From Blastocystis sp. Blastoise (lineage: Eukaryota; Protista; Bigyra: Opalinata): a DNA stretch of 64,000 nucleotides. Within the stretch, counting starts at the first letter, position 1. The number at the start of each line of letters is the position of its first letter. Below the pieces are notes generated by a model that was given only the letters and a program-made list of their open reading frames with translations, was not told the DNA's origin and made no database searches. The stretch is taken from positions 1,199,475 through 1,263,474 of the forward strand of contig JBBPEB010000033.1 of assembly GCA_039096225.1 (NCBI GenBank), given 5' to 3'. The position numbers and the translations under genes were made by a program. Below, piece by piece: positions 31,563 to 56,109 of this stretch.

Positions 31563-32116
31563 TTTTTTCTGTATATATGTTAAAAAATGTATAAGAACAA
31601 GAATTAAAAAGTAAAAATAGCTCTATAGTTAATTTAACATACATTTTTGAGCTGTGAAACAGAAACAGATTCCTGTATGAATTGTTTTTATAATCATTGT
31701 TATTGTTTTTCCTGAGAATGATTGGTTTTATGATTATCATGATTTATAACGGTTAAAAATGATAATTATTTTTGATTACATAAATTCTTTAAAATTTTTG
31801 AAAAAAATGTTTTGCCATCCAAAGACAGAAAACGGACATCCAAGGAAATGTTTCTGTTCATGAAAAGATCCCCATAAATATCTGTATTTGTGGAGATTGC
31901 GAGACTTTCTGAATAGGGAGAAGTTTTTTAATTTTATTTGTAAAAGAAGATAGACGATGAGAAATAGAGCTATTTTAAATAACAAAAGAAATCGATCTTT
32001 AAGAATTATATTTTTATTATATTCAACAAATTAATATTGTATACTTTATATATACTTCTTATAAAAAGCATAAATAGAAAGATAAAGAAGAGTGTGACAA
32101 GTGGATTAGATACAAA

Positions 32117-41364
<9,248 letters not shown>

Positions 41365-41533
41365 GTTTTAATTTATATAATAAATATTGAAAAGAAAAAA
41401 AAAATAAAATTTAATAATAAAGAAAAAACATTGATTATTGTATCATATTAAAATATATTAAATAGTTTTAAATAATAATAAATATTTTATTATTATTATT
41501 ATTATATACATATTCTATATAAATAAGAATAAA

Positions 41534-42594
41534 TATAGTTGTTAAAAGTTAATTTAAATAAAAAAGAAATTATTGTTTTATTATTTTTTTCTTAATATTA
41601 TAAACAATATTAAAAAAAGAATTATTATTTATTTATAAAAAAAGAGAAAAAAGAATTAAAAAGAAAAACAAATAAACAATTAAAATAATCATGGAAATAA
41701 AACAGATGACGATATCTATTGACGTTTCATTTCTCATTTCTTATTTGATACTTTTCTTCTTCTTCTTTTTGTTTTTGTTTTATAGATTAATAATATTTTA
41801 TTTATAATAAATTAAAAATAATAATAAATTAAAAATACTAATAAATTAAATAATATAAAAAATAAAAGAATATACTTTCAATAAATAATCAATTACAAGA
41901 ATAAAATACATTTAAATAGAATAATAGAATAATATAAGAATGATGACGAATATGGTTTCATAAATAAGAATGAGATAAAAAACACAAAAGACAAAAGACA
42001 AAAGAAAAATAAATTTCTAAAAATTTCTCGTTTATACGTTTCAAAAAGATCTTTTGAAATATGTAAAATTAGACGAGAAAAGAAGAGAATAACCAAAAAA
42101 GAAAGAGAAATGAAATCTTAATATATATATTATTTAAAAATAATAAAATAATGAATAGCTTGTTGATTTTAAGTTTATTAATATTTTTAATAAGAATAGG
42201 TATATATAATAAATGAATAAAATAATAGAAATAGAGAGTCTTTCTTGTGAATCTCCTTATTTTGAGATAAATATTCGTAAAATATTTACGTATAAGTATC
42301 AAGAAGAATCGTTTGAGTTATATTTGGGTGATGAATCAACAGGTAAGTTGTTAGTGAAATGTCAAGGTGATATGAAAGGTGAAACTCAGTTATTTAGTAT
42401 ATGTGGTGAAGAAGGTGAATATACAATAGTGATGCATGATTCGTATTTATTATATTTTAATTTATTTTATTATGTTTATTATGTTTATTTATTTATTTTA
42501 TTTTATTATGTTTATTTATTTATTTATTTATTTTATTTATTTATTTTATTTTATTATGTTTATTATGTTTATTTATTTATTTATTTTATTATAT

Positions 42595-42625
<31 letters not shown>

Positions 42626-43194
42626 TTATTTATTTTATTTTATTATGTTTATTTATTTATTTATATATTTTATTAATTTAATAATAATATATAATCAATA
42701 TATAATAATAAATATAGTGGTGGTGATGGTTGGGGAAGTGAGAATCATGAAGCACCTGCTTATATAACTTATGATGGTTATGAAATATATACAGCTGATA
42801 TGATATATAAAGGTGGTTATGATTATAAGAAAGATGTTCGTACATTTTCAAGTATTTTATTATATTATTATTATTATTATATATTATATAAATAATAATA
42901 ATAATATATAGTAAATCCAATAATAAATTTAAAATCCTTATGGAAATATTCTGATAAGATAAAAGAGAATAGTGATTGGAGTACTAGTACATTTGATGTA
43001 TCTGATTGGCCAACAGCTACATCAAGTCGTTTCCCTCAATATGAAGTAATAACAAGATATTATCGTCAAACTATTATTCCTACAAATAAAGATGAATTAG
43101 ATACTTTAAATATATTAATTAATGGAGATAGTGGTATAATAGCTTATATAGAAGGAAATGAAATCTATAGATATAATATGCCAGAGTATATATA

Positions 43195-43227
<33 letters not shown>

Positions 43228-43296
43228 AATAGTGGAATAATAACAGGTGAAACATCTTCTTTATCAATTCATTCTAATGAATTAATACCAATAAAG

Positions 43297-43332
<36 letters not shown>

Positions 43333-43485
43333 TATATATATATATAGATTTAATATAAATAAACGTTATTTTGCTTCAAAGAGTTCATTTACTATTGGAA
43401 TAGAAATTCATCAATATATAGGAGATATTCCTCGAAATGATCGAACATCTATTATGATATTAGAAATTAATTTACCTTCTTATCG

Positions 43486-43541
<56 letters not shown>

Positions 43542-44356
43542 TAATATATAATAATATAATAATAATAATATATAATATAATATATAATATATAGAATGTA
43601 GTAGTAATTTAATAAGTCATGGTATACCTACCTGTATTCCTGATAATCCTGTTTCAAAAGGAAATTGTGAGAAGATTGTAGATAATGATTTAAATACTGA
43701 ATTTTATTTATATAGAAATGGTTCATTAGATTTTACATATATATTTGCTAATAATACGTATATATATATATAATTAATAATAATATATATATATATAGTA
43801 AAAGATGGGTTAATAGTTATAGTATAATAAGTGCTAGTTGGGATAGTTATGGTAAACCTATTACATGGACATTATATGGTTCTATATCTCCTTATACTTC
43901 TATTGATAATCCTTCTTTATGGAGAATATTAGATAGAAAAGTAAATATAACAACATGGGGAAATAATGAAAAGAAATTATTTAATATTCGAAGTAATGAT
44001 TTAGCATTTAGTCAATTATGGTTACATATTGGTATATATATATATATATATATATAATAATAATATAATATTATTATTATTATAGATGAAGGAACAAGAA
44101 TAAATAAATTATCATTAGCTGAATTTCAAATATATAGTTGTAATTATCCAATAATTCCATTAGATAGTTTAGTATATAATATAAATAATGTAGATATATT
44201 TGCACAAAATGAAGAAATATTTTTATATCCTATTTCAAGTGGTTATAAAGATTATTCTATTACTCCTTCTCTTCCTTTATATCTTCATTTTGATCAGAAT
44301 AATGGATATATTACTGGATTTCCTATTTATGAAACAATACGTATATATATATATAT

Positions 44357-44396
<40 letters not shown>

Positions 44397-47300
44397 TAAT
44401 ATATATATAGAAGATTATATAATAACTGCAATAAATATGAATACAAATATAATATATAATTGTACTATTCATTTAAATATTAAAGGTATATATATATATA
44501 AAATAATAAATAAATAAATAATATATATATATAATATAGGTTGTAATTATCCAAATTATATGGGTATTCAATTTATAAAAGAAACAGGAAATACAGAAGG
44601 TGAATCCTTTATTTTATATAATTCTATAAAAGAATATTATAAATCTATAACATTTTTAAAGAATACAGGAAATAAAATAATAAATTTATGTATTCCTACA
44701 AATACATCCTATACAATAAAATTATTAAATCCAAGTGGAACATGGGGTGTAGGATCTAAATTAACATATTTAATACGTCATTATAATGAAACTTATCCTA
44801 TAAGTGAATTTACATTAACACGTAAATATGAAATGTCTATTCCTTTATCGAATTCTATGTTAATTGGTAGTTCTTCAATAAATTGGAAATTACATCAAGG
44901 AAATATAGAAGAAAATTGGAATATAATAAATTATGATGATACAAATTGGATAACACTTTATCCTACATTAAATGAAATAATAACTCCTTCAATTCCTATT
45001 ACATCTTCTATATGGTTATTAAGAAATAAATTTAATATAGAAGAATTATCATTAATAAATACAAATAGTTTTGATCTTCATTTTAAAGCAAATAATAATT
45101 ATACTATATATATAAATAATAAATATTTTTATTCTTCTTCTCTTCCTATACCAAAGAAATCTACAATAAATGATATGGAATGGGTAACAATATCAGGATC
45201 ATTAGATTATTTAATAAAAGGAATAAATATAATAAGTATTTATTTAGAGAATTCTTCAATAATGTCAATAAATAATATAGAATTTGATGGTATATTATTA
45301 TTAACAAAATCAAGATCTAGTTTTTCAAGATATTGGAATGCACAATATAGTTCATCTGTAACAAGTAGTAATACAAAATTATTATTTGATTTATGTCATA
45401 CTACATATTGGGAAATAAGTAAAAAGAATATATTTAGTGTAAATATAACATTAGATTATCAATATACACGTTCTGAATATATAAATAAATATTGTTTTGT
45501 ATCTTCAGGTAATTCTTATAATTTAGATCCATCTGATTGGAATATATATGGTAGTAATGATAATAAAGAATATAAATTATTAAATAGTGTATTTAATGCA
45601 TATTTTTCAGGTAGAAGACAAACACGTTGTTTTTATTTACCTATAAATAAGAATAGTTGGAGATATTATAGATTTTCATTTATAGAGAATGCTGATCCTT
45701 CAATAATTCCTTATGGATATTCATTAGCTGAAATATATTTATTAAATGATAATGTAAATTCATTATTACCTTCTCCATTACAATTTCAAACAAATTCAAT
45801 TATTGGATATATAGGATATAAATTTCGTGAATTAGTACCAAATTCTGATTTATATACAAATTTTGTAATATATCCATCATTAGAATTACCATTAGAATTA
45901 GATACAACAACAGGTTCTATTCGTGGTATACCTAATACATTATATTCTAAAGATCATACAATATCAGCATTAGCTCCTAATGGTACAATATCAAGTACTA
46001 TAATACATATAGATATAAAAACATGTGATTATCCAAATACAATATTATTAATAAAATTAATAACAGATAGTGATGGATCAAATTATATATATAGTTTAAA
46101 ACATAATGAAGATATTATAGATAATTTAGATTCTTTAATATCTGATTCTACAGTAATATTTAGTTATTGTTTACCAATTGATATATATACAATAATAATA
46201 GGAGATCATGATGGAAGTGGTTGGGGTAATGGTTATTATGAAATAGATACATTTGATAATGAAATAATACAAAAAGGATCATTAAGTAAGAATGAAAGAA
46301 TAAAGAGTGAATCATTTAATATAGGATATATATTAGCTCCAAAAATAACAAAATGGAGAGTATATAATGAATTAGAAGAAGTAGATAATAATTGGAATAA
46401 TAATATATATGATGATAGTAAATGGGAATTATTATTACCAAATAATTTTACAATAAATAAAGGAATAACATCCTATTATAGAAATAAGTTTTTTATAGAT
46501 AATTATAATAGTTATACAAGTTGTATATTTCATTTTGAAACAAGAATAGGTATTATTGTATATATAAATGGTGAAGAAATATATCGTTATAATATGCCTA
46601 ATGGTTCTATAATATCTTCTACATATGCATTAAATCAAGATTATTTATTAAATAAATTACAAATAAGTTTAAGTCTTCAATATAGTTCATTACATTCTGG
46701 TTATAATATAATAAGTGTAGAAATACATAGATCTGAGAAAGAACAGAAAGAAGTTGATTTTGATAGTAGTATATATTTATCAAATATAAATAGTTATAGA
46801 GTAGTTGGTGGAAGTGCAACAGGTGATATACAAGAATATCCTAATATATATAATTTATATGATAATAATAAAGATACAGAATATTTAACAGGTCCTAGAT
46901 GTAAAGGTGCTACATATATATATGATTATGGAAAAGGTAGATCTGATTATATAAATGGATATAGTATAACAAGTGGTAAAACATGTAATATACGTCATCC
47001 ATCTGAATATTCATTTGAAGGATCTGATGATGGATATAGTTGGTATACATTACATTATATGAAGAATGTTAGTTTTACATCTTATTCTCAAAGTGAGAGA
47101 TATACATTTTATAATAAGAAATCTTATCGTGAATATAGATTAGTTGTTCGTGAATGTTTAAATAAAGCTATAGATAATAATGAAGAAGAAGAATGTAATA
47201 TATATACAGGTAAACAACATGGTTTTCAATTAGCTGAAATAGGAATGTATACTGATATAATAGATGATAAAAATGGTTGTAAAGAAACTAGTGATGGTTA

Positions 47301-47811
47301 TCGTGCTTCATTAAATAATGAATGGGCATTTAAACAATGTCCTTTATATTATAATGGTGAATATCGTAGATTCTGTAAAGATGGTATATTAAATGAAGAA
47401 GAATATAAATATTGTATATTAAATAAACCAAAATTACTTGAATATCCTTATACAAGTAAAAGTTTAATATTAAATGAATATTTTGAAATAATACCAAAAT
47501 TAGAAGGTGCAGAAATTAATTGTTCTATGATTCCATTTACTAGTTGTGGATTACAATTTAATAATACTAATGGAATAATAAGTGGTATACCTAATTGTTT
47601 ATTAAATGAAACTCAATATAGAATAGTATGTGCTAATGAAAAAGGATATGTTGATGCTAAAATATTATTAAATGTTATTGAAAATAATAATTCTTTCCCT
47701 ATATGGGGTATTCTTATTATTATTCTATTATTATCTATTATTATTATTCCTATTCTTATTTATATTATAAAAAGATTATTATCAAATAAAAAACGTCGTC
47801 GTAATAGTAGT

Positions 47812-47856
<45 letters not shown>

Positions 47857-48170
47857 TCTATTAAAGGATATATAAAATCATCTTCAACTCGTAAACATTC
47901 TTATAGTAATAAAAATGAATCTCAAAACAAAAAAATTATCTCTATTTAATTAATTTTTTTTTATTAATTATTTTATATATATTTATTTTTTTCTTTCTTT
48001 TATTATAATTAATTCAATTTGATTCATTTTATTATTATATTTTTTTTTATATTTTTTATATTGTCTTGTTTCTTTTGTAATAAATCTTTTATCTTATATT
48101 TATTTGTTTTGTATAATATTATTTACTTTTTTATTATTTTTAAATATTTATTATTTTTAGAAACATTTTA
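41534..48170. repeat. Left arm of ~6.6 kb inverted segmental duplication
   Basis: Reverse complement of ~56110-62741; similarity starts at tatagttgttaaaag (41534) and ends near ttagaaacattt (48168). Confidence 0.95.
42151..47949 (+). CDS. Large type I membrane surface protein (copy A): signal peptide, three tandem modules (DxxGxGW domain, galactose-binding-like, F5/8C-like, putative Ig), TM helix, basic tail
   Basis: Signal MNSLLILSLLIFLIRIESLSC; about ten introns in 42200-44539, then one 3.4 kb exon; Ig-like LPLELDTTTGSIRGIP and GLQFNNTNGIISGIP; TM WGILIIILLLSIIIIPILIYII then KRLLSNKKRRR. Domain names from motif resemblance. Confidence 0.8.
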
Positions 48171-48574
48171 TCGTATAAATTAAGAAAAACCAATTTATTT
48201 TATTAAAACATCCATTAAAAAAATCTTTATATTAAGACAAAAATGCTTACTGATTATTAAGTGTATTTTATTTATTTAATAATTGCCACAAATCAACAAA
48301 TCTTAAAAATGATTCATATTATATTTAGCGAGTACATGTCAAATCAAGTATTACATCCTATATATAACATTATCAATGATTGTCAAAGCCACATATCTCT
48401 TATTACACACTTATTTGAAAAAAAAATAAGTATACAAATGTTAACATGAAAACAATAATGTTTCTCGGTTATAAAAGTAAAATTACCGTGAAGAAGTCCA
48501 TTATCTCTTTTCACAGAAAAATTATAATTTTTTAGTCATTTCTTTTCCTATTTTGTCTCGATTGGAATCAAGGA

Positions 48575-50635
48575 ATGTTTGGTTTATTATTGAGATGCCA
48601 AGTGCAAACACTTGTGAAAAAGAGTTTGGTCGCTAATAGTGCTTTGGCGACATTTCCTCGTTATTTTGCTGCTGAAAAGAAAGAAAATAAAGTTGAACAA
48701 GAAGCACCTGTTGAAGAGACTCAAGCTCAGAAACCAGAACAAGTAATTACGCCTAAAAATAAGAAAAATGCCCCAAAAATTAAAGAAGGGATCACATATA
48801 GTGATGTAGGCAATTATTCGTTTTCAAAATTAGGTGATGTTAATTATTACTCTGATGATTTTATTAATAAGAACTTTCCTAATGGGTATATATAAGTAGA
48901 TATATTTGTTTGTGTGTTGTTAGTTATGTTTAGAATGTTCTCGCTGCTACTTATACTATTTTATATATAGTTTTAATAAGGATAATACATCTGAATATGA
49001 GCTAACAGATGTTCACAGTATTTTATACAGAAAGCCTGCAAAGATCGTGATTGATAAGATGAACTGTATGTAGTTTTTGTTTATTATATATATTAATGTG
49101 AATATATATATTTATTAAATTATTGTGTTTATTTGAAATGTATACTATATAGCATATACTTCTGGTTATAATGTGAGTCTTCCCTCCTTTTTGTGTTTCA
49201 CGGGAGATCGTGGTGTAGGTAAAAGGTATTTTTTTAAATACTTATTAAATATATATCATATTTATTCTGTTCTCTTTATGTTTAACTTTTTATCATTTAT
49301 TATATATATAATGTTTTTATGTAATATTGAATATATATATTTATTATATATTATTCATTAATATGTATATATAGTATGTGTTTAGAAAATGTATACTTAC
49401 ATGCTAAATCTAATAATTGGCTTACTTGGAAGATTAATGCAAGAGATATTACTCATAATGATGTATATATATTACCTATGTCTCGTCGTGAAGGTCATTT
49501 TTTTGCTCAACCTGAATTATCGTCTAAATTATTAAATGATTTACTTGTAGATAATAAAGATAAACTGAAATCTCTTCCATTAAGAGATTTATATGAAGAT
49601 AAATATTTCTGGGAAAAGAGTAAATTAGGAAAAATGATTAAAGATGGTAGTTATAAATCGATGTCTCTCGCTGATCTTGTTGATTATGGTATTAATAATA
49701 ACAGAGATGTATATATATATATATATATATCTAATTATTATTATAACTATATATATATATATATAGTCATATGAAGTTATTATGTATGTTCGTAGAGAAC
49801 TCGCTAAAGTTTATGAGTATATATATATAATTAGAATTATAATTATAATTATAACTATATATATATATAGATATCCAGTATGTATATGCATTGATGATTA
49901 TAACTTCCTTCATGATATCACTACTTTTGCTTATGATAATATAAAAGTTCATGCTTCTTCTTTATATCTTGGACATATTTTCAGAGCATTTGATGAACCT
50001 GGTATTCCCGCCAAAGAACCCTCAATCCCTCCTCTTTCTAACGGATTCACTCTTGCTGCTACTACAGAGAAACATGTCTCTACTTATCCCTTCAGAGAAT
50101 GTGTAAATCTAGGTGATCATAACATAACCGTGAATAATTTATCTACAAAGGAATTCACGGATTATGTTCAACATCTTATCAAAGCGAAAGCATTCTTTAG
50201 AACTGGTATATATATATATACTATTAATAATATATTATTAGTATAAAAATAATAATGATTATAATCTTTATAGGTTTACATCCTGAAGAATATCAATATT
50301 TATCGACTATCTCTGGTAATAATCCTGAAGAATTAATTAAATTAGCTAAGAAAGATACTACTTTCTTATCTAGTTTATCTCCTTCAAAGAAATTCATTGA
50401 TTGGATGGAATTAAATGGAAAGCAAAAACAATTCGCTATGTGGTTTGAAGAGAATAAATATATTCCTGAACCTGTTATAGAAGTTAAAGAGAAAGTCGTA
50501 GAGAAGAAAGATCAAAAAGAAGAAGAAAAACAAAAGAAAGAATCTATTATGAGTGAAAAGGAAAAAGAAAAGAGAAATCAAAAGATTATTGAACAGAAGA
50601 AGAAAGAATATAGAAAGATGAAGAGTAAAAAGTAA
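48575..50635 (+). CDS. DAP3: Mitochondrial small ribosomal subunit protein mS29/DAP3
   Basis: Presequence MFGLLLRCQ; P-loop FTGDRGVGK; FFAQPELS..LL; YPVCICIDDYNFL; LSTISGNNPEEL. Confidence 0.75.
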
Positions 50636-51412
50636 AAGAATATATCTATAATCATTCTCTTTTTATTATATATATATATATTTTTTCAAGGGGTTATCTT
50701 ATCATTTTTTTAATTAATAAATATTATATATACATATCATTCTTTTTCATTTTGTTTTTCTGTTATTTTTTTTAAATTTATATAAAAAATCTCTATCGAA
50801 CGTATAGATGGTTACTATTTTGTTTATCTATTGAACTCTGACTTTTTTTATATATACGACTCTCCTATTCTTAGAACGTTTCATATTCATTTTATGCCAA
50901 AAAAACTCAATTCTTTTGTGATAATGAAAAATTAATTGCTAATAGATGACTATCAATCGTCAGATATACAGATAAGGCACATAATAAATATATTAAAGCT
51001 AGCAAAGAGTCATAAATCTCATTTATTTGACTAATTATACAAATAAATTACAATATCTAGCATTAGATAATTTGAATAAGATTAATTGAATCCATAAATC
51101 ATGTTATAATAGGTTAAATAGTTCAAAATGATTGAGAAAACAGTGAGATAAGAAATTAATTATTTTGTTATGTTTATCATGAAAAGTCGTTCATCATAAA
51201 GGATTTGAAGAGAATGAGGAATTGCCTGGAGATACCGAGATGATTCATGGGAATTCGGAATTTTTGACCAGAGAAAAAACTGATGGTTCTCATCAATCAT
51301 TCTATTTTGTGAAAACAAAGGCGAGACATTAATTTATAAAAATATATATATTGAATATATATTAATATAATATTGTTTCATATAATTATTACATATTTAT
51401 AATTATATAACA

Positions 51413-52704
51413 ATGGCTGAAGAGACTGGAGCTATTCCTAACTTATGTGCTGATGCCGTCTTAGTTCATTCTGAAGATGTTCCTGAAGGTACTCCTGTTG
51501 TTAAAGGGTATATATATGTTATTAATATTTATGTAAAATGGTTGTAATTTCTCTTCTAATTAATAGAATATATATAAATAATTGTTGTTTATTTATATTT
51601 TTTTTAGTTATGATTTTAACAATGGTACGAACTTTGATGAACTTATGAAATCTATGTTATGTATGGGTTTCCAAGCTACTAACGTTGGTTTAGCTGTTGA
51701 AGAAATCAATAGAATGTTAAATTGGAGATTATCTGATGAAGCTCCTTTACCTGATGAAGATTCTTATTGGTTAAAACCTGAAATTAGAAATAATACTAGA
51801 ACTACTATTTTCTTCTCTTATACTTCTAATCAAGTATCTTGTGGACAAAGAGAAATTATTCGTTATTTAGCTGAACATAAACTTGTAGATTGTATTGTTA
51901 CTACGGGTGGTGGTATTGAAGAAGATTTTATTAAATGTATGGCTGATTTCTATATTGGTGATTTCGCTCTTAAAGGAAAAGGTATGATTACTTGTTTATT
52001 ATTATAAATAATATTTATTATTATAAATAATATTTATTATTATTATATATATAGATTTACGTTTAAAGGGTATTAATCGTACGGGTAATCTTCTTGTTCC
52101 TAATAAGGATTATTGCTATTTCGAAGATTGGATGATGCCTATTTTAGATCAAATGCTTAAAGAACAAAATGAAGATGGTGTAAAATGGACTCCTTCTAAG
52201 ATGATTAATAGATTAGGTAAGGAAATTAACAATCCTAAATCTATTTATTATTGGTGTTGGAAGAATGATATTCCTGTATTTTGTCCTGCTATTACTGATG
52301 GTAGTGTCGGTGATATGGTCTTTTTCCATTCTTTTATTCATCCCGGTTTAGTCTTAGATCTTGTTGAAGATATTCGTGGAATTAACAAGATTGCTCTTGG
52401 CGCCAAAAAGACCGGTATGATTATTCTTGGTGGAGGTGTTATTAAACATCACGTATGTAATGCTAACTTAATGAGAAATGGTGCTGATTTCTCTGTTTAT
52501 ATTAACACTGCTCAAGAATTCGATGGTTCTGATTCGGGTGCTCGTCCTGATGAAGCTGTTTCTTGGGGTAAAATCAAGATTACTGCTAAACCCGTCAAGG
52601 TATATGCTGAAGCTACTCTTGTATTCCCTTTCATTGTCTCTCAAACCTTTGTTAAATGGCAAGAAGCTCATAAAGATGATGATAGATCCAAGGAAATACG
52701 ATAA
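51413..52704 (+). CDS. DHPS: Deoxyhypusine synthase
   Basis: [63 protein letters not shown] (catalytic Lys present); three exons. Confidence 0.97.
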
Positions 52705-53970
52705 ATCATTTACTTTTTTATTGTTTTGGGGATTTTTTTATAGATATTAATCTATGTGTTTATTCGTCTTTTTTTTTCTCTCTTTCTTGATGTTTATTTC
52801 TTTTTAAAAACATAAACTTATCTTTAGCATTTCATTATTTTCTTTGTTTTGTATATAGTATATAAAAATTATGTTTAATCACTTAATTCACCGAAAAATA
52901 TAGTTTTTTTTTATCCAATATTCACTTAGATTTATATACTTGACTTGTTAACACAATAAAACTAATTTATTATGTATTTAAGCACATAACTTTTTCATGT
53001 ATGTCATAATTTAAGCACAAAATCTATATCTAATGAAGATTATTAGTATTTAAAAACCGTCTAATAAGATTTAAAAACGATATCTAATGGAATCATTATT
53101 GTCACTAAGATACTATTAGATTTTTATCAGAGGCTTCTCTTATTTTTCATAGTTACCATGATTATAACTGACTCCTATTCTCTGTCAAGTTAAAAACAGA
53201 CTTTGTCAACAAAATAAAATAAAAATTACTACTGAAAAAATTTTTATACATTTTTCCTTTTTTTAAATAGCATATTTAAATAATTTAAATTTTTATTGTA
53301 AATATTTCTAAAAAAATTAACATTGTTATCTATGTTTCAATAGTGTTCATTATACCAATATTGTGTGTATCCGAATAAAAGCACATACAAATGAGTAATA
53401 TTTCTTGTTATAGCTCTTTTGTTTAAATATAAAAACAATAAAGAAATATCCGTATATAATGATCCTCTTGCTTCTATATATATATAAAATGATTTACAAT
53501 GATTTCTTCACTATGAATGACTAGATATCAACTGATTTGATATTGGCTATATATCATTTTTCTTGAATCATTATAAAATAACAAAATAATCTACTATCAA
53601 CAATCTCTAACCTTCTTTTGCATTTCCTTTTTGCTTATTTACATTCTTAACTTTATCTCCTACAATTTATGAATTCTGAATCAACTAGGTGAAACATTTA
53701 TACTTCTTAAATACGAAAATTTCTTTATACATGAAGCAATTAATTAAATAAAAAGATTGCTTTCCTATTATCGTGGGAAATTAAAATAGTTTACCACAAA
53801 ATGTGAATTATTATGAAATATTCGTATTGTCGACTTTAATGAAAAATGGCTGTTTTTTCTACCTGTCTTTTATTCACTTTGAACTTGATTAATTCAATAT
53901 CTATTCGATATTCTATTAATAGTTTAATACTTTATTTTACATCCACACGTATTCTAAATTTATATAAGAA

Positions 53971-54433
53971 ATGTATTCTTCTATTGCTTGGGTACCAAGA
54001 GGTAAAGCCAGTTCTACACCTATCCGTTTAGCTCCTAATCAATCTGATATTGATGAATCTAAGAAAGAGCAAGAAAAAATCGATGAAAATGAAAGATTTG
54101 CTGCTCAAATGAATGCTGCCTTAACTGGTGAAAATCCTGCTGAAGATGAAGTTGATATGAAGAATCCTATTGAACCTGAAATTGAAGATCCTAACTTAAA
54201 TCCTGATCTTACTGAAATTGAATCCGATATTGATGAAGATTATGGTCTTCTTGATAAAGATTGTGTTATGCTTGCCGCTAAATCTGACGAAGATCAAAGT
54301 ACTTTAGAAGTTCATGTATATGATGAAGAATCAGGTAATTTCTTCCTTCATCATGATTTTATTCTTCCCGCTTTCCCTCTTTCTATGGCATGGCTAGAAT
54401 GCTCTCCTTCTCAAGATCCCTCTGGAGCTTTAC

Positions 54434-54469
<36 letters not shown>

Positions 54470-55741
54470 ATTATTATTGTTATTATTAATATTTATATCT
54501 TTCTGTTATTAAATATATATATTCATATTCTTATTATATATATATATATCTACTTCCTGGTAGTTATGTTGCAGTCGGTACATTTCAGCCTGGTATTGAG
54601 ATATGGGATTGTGACTTAATGGACGCTATAGAGCCTGAGTGTACTTTAGGAGGATTAGTAGAAGGCAAAGAACGTACTTTAAAACCATCTTCACATACAT
54701 TGGCTGTCATGGGACTATCAGCTAATAAAATATATAAGTATATATTATTTAGGATTCTTTGCATATTTTTATTTATAATAATAACAATAGCAATAACTAT
54801 TCTTCAATCTTATTTTATTATCCTTCTATTTATATACCTTTAAGAATGTCTTAGCTTCTTCTAGTGCTGATAAGACTGTTAAATTGTGGGATATCACTAC
54901 CCAACGTTGTATGATCACTATGAAACAACATACCGACAAAGTTCAAGGAGTCACTTTCCATCCCTATGAAGCGTCTATTCTTGCTTCTTGTATATATTAA
55001 TAATTATGATTTATTATTAATAACATTTATTTATATATAATTAATACAATTTATATTATATTATTATTAATAACATTTATTTATTTATAATTATTATGAT
55101 TTATACTTTATTATTATGAATAACATTTGTATTAATATCTAGGTTCTTACGATCATACTGCTTGTGTATTTGATTGCCGTTGTGCTTCGTACGGAAGTGT
55201 GTACAAACTCCCTGTAGATCCTGAATCTATCGAATGGGATCCGTACAATCCGTACAATCTTTATATTGCTATGGAAGATGGTTCTATGATTAATTATGAT
55301 ATACGTAATAATACTCAAGCTGTTTATAAATGTAAATTACATGATTCTAATTGTACTAGTATTAAATTTAATCCTGAATATAAGGGTCTTATGGCTAGTT
55401 GTGGTAATAACTGTGTTAAACTTTGGGATATGAGAAATAATCAATGTACTTGTGTTGGAGAAAACACTATGGATGTTGAGACCTTATATGGTATGAATTG
55501 GTATCCTTCTGCTCCTCATATTATTGGCTGTGGAGGCAGTGACGAACGTATCTGTATTTGGGATGTTCAAGAAACATGTGATGTTTTATCAAAATTCGAA
55601 CACGTTAATGCTCAAAATCCAAATGATTTATCCTTTAGTGTATCTGAAGAAGCGAAAGGAGAAGTCACTGATTTACATGAAGGACCAAATAGTAATAAAG
55701 ATAAGAAATCCAAAAAGGGCAAGAAAGGAAAGAAGAATTAA
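53971..55741 (+). CDS. PWP1: Periodic tryptophan protein 1 (WD40)
   Basis: MYSSIAWVPRG, LEVHVYD, HHDFILPAFPL..AWL, AVGTFQPGIEIWD, LASSSADKTVKLWD. Confidence 0.9.
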
Positions 55742-56109
55742 ACATGGCTTAAAAGAATTTGTTATTTGATTATGTTAAAACACCAATCTATTCCTCTTCT
55801 TTTATTCATCTATTTCTGAATAAATAATTTTATATGTCTGATTTCTATATTATTCTAATATATATACATATATATATAAATATCTTTTCCTTTTTATATA
55901 TCTTTTCTTATTTCTATTTGTGTGTTCTTCTCGTTATGTATGAAAAAGTAATGTGTTTAGATGATTCTATCTATTGAAAAATGACTGAAATTTGTATAAA
56001 TGATATTTTATACTATTTCTTAATAAAAAATAATAAGACATGAGTAATAAAGTGTTATTAAGCTTATTTTGTGTAGTAAATACACGTTTTTGATATTACT
56101 ATTTGGTTG

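Noticed and set aside
41691-41830. Upstream ATG as the start of the surface-protein gene
   Set aside because: Leads to early stops; the ATG at 42151 gives a clean signal peptide and an in-frame splice.
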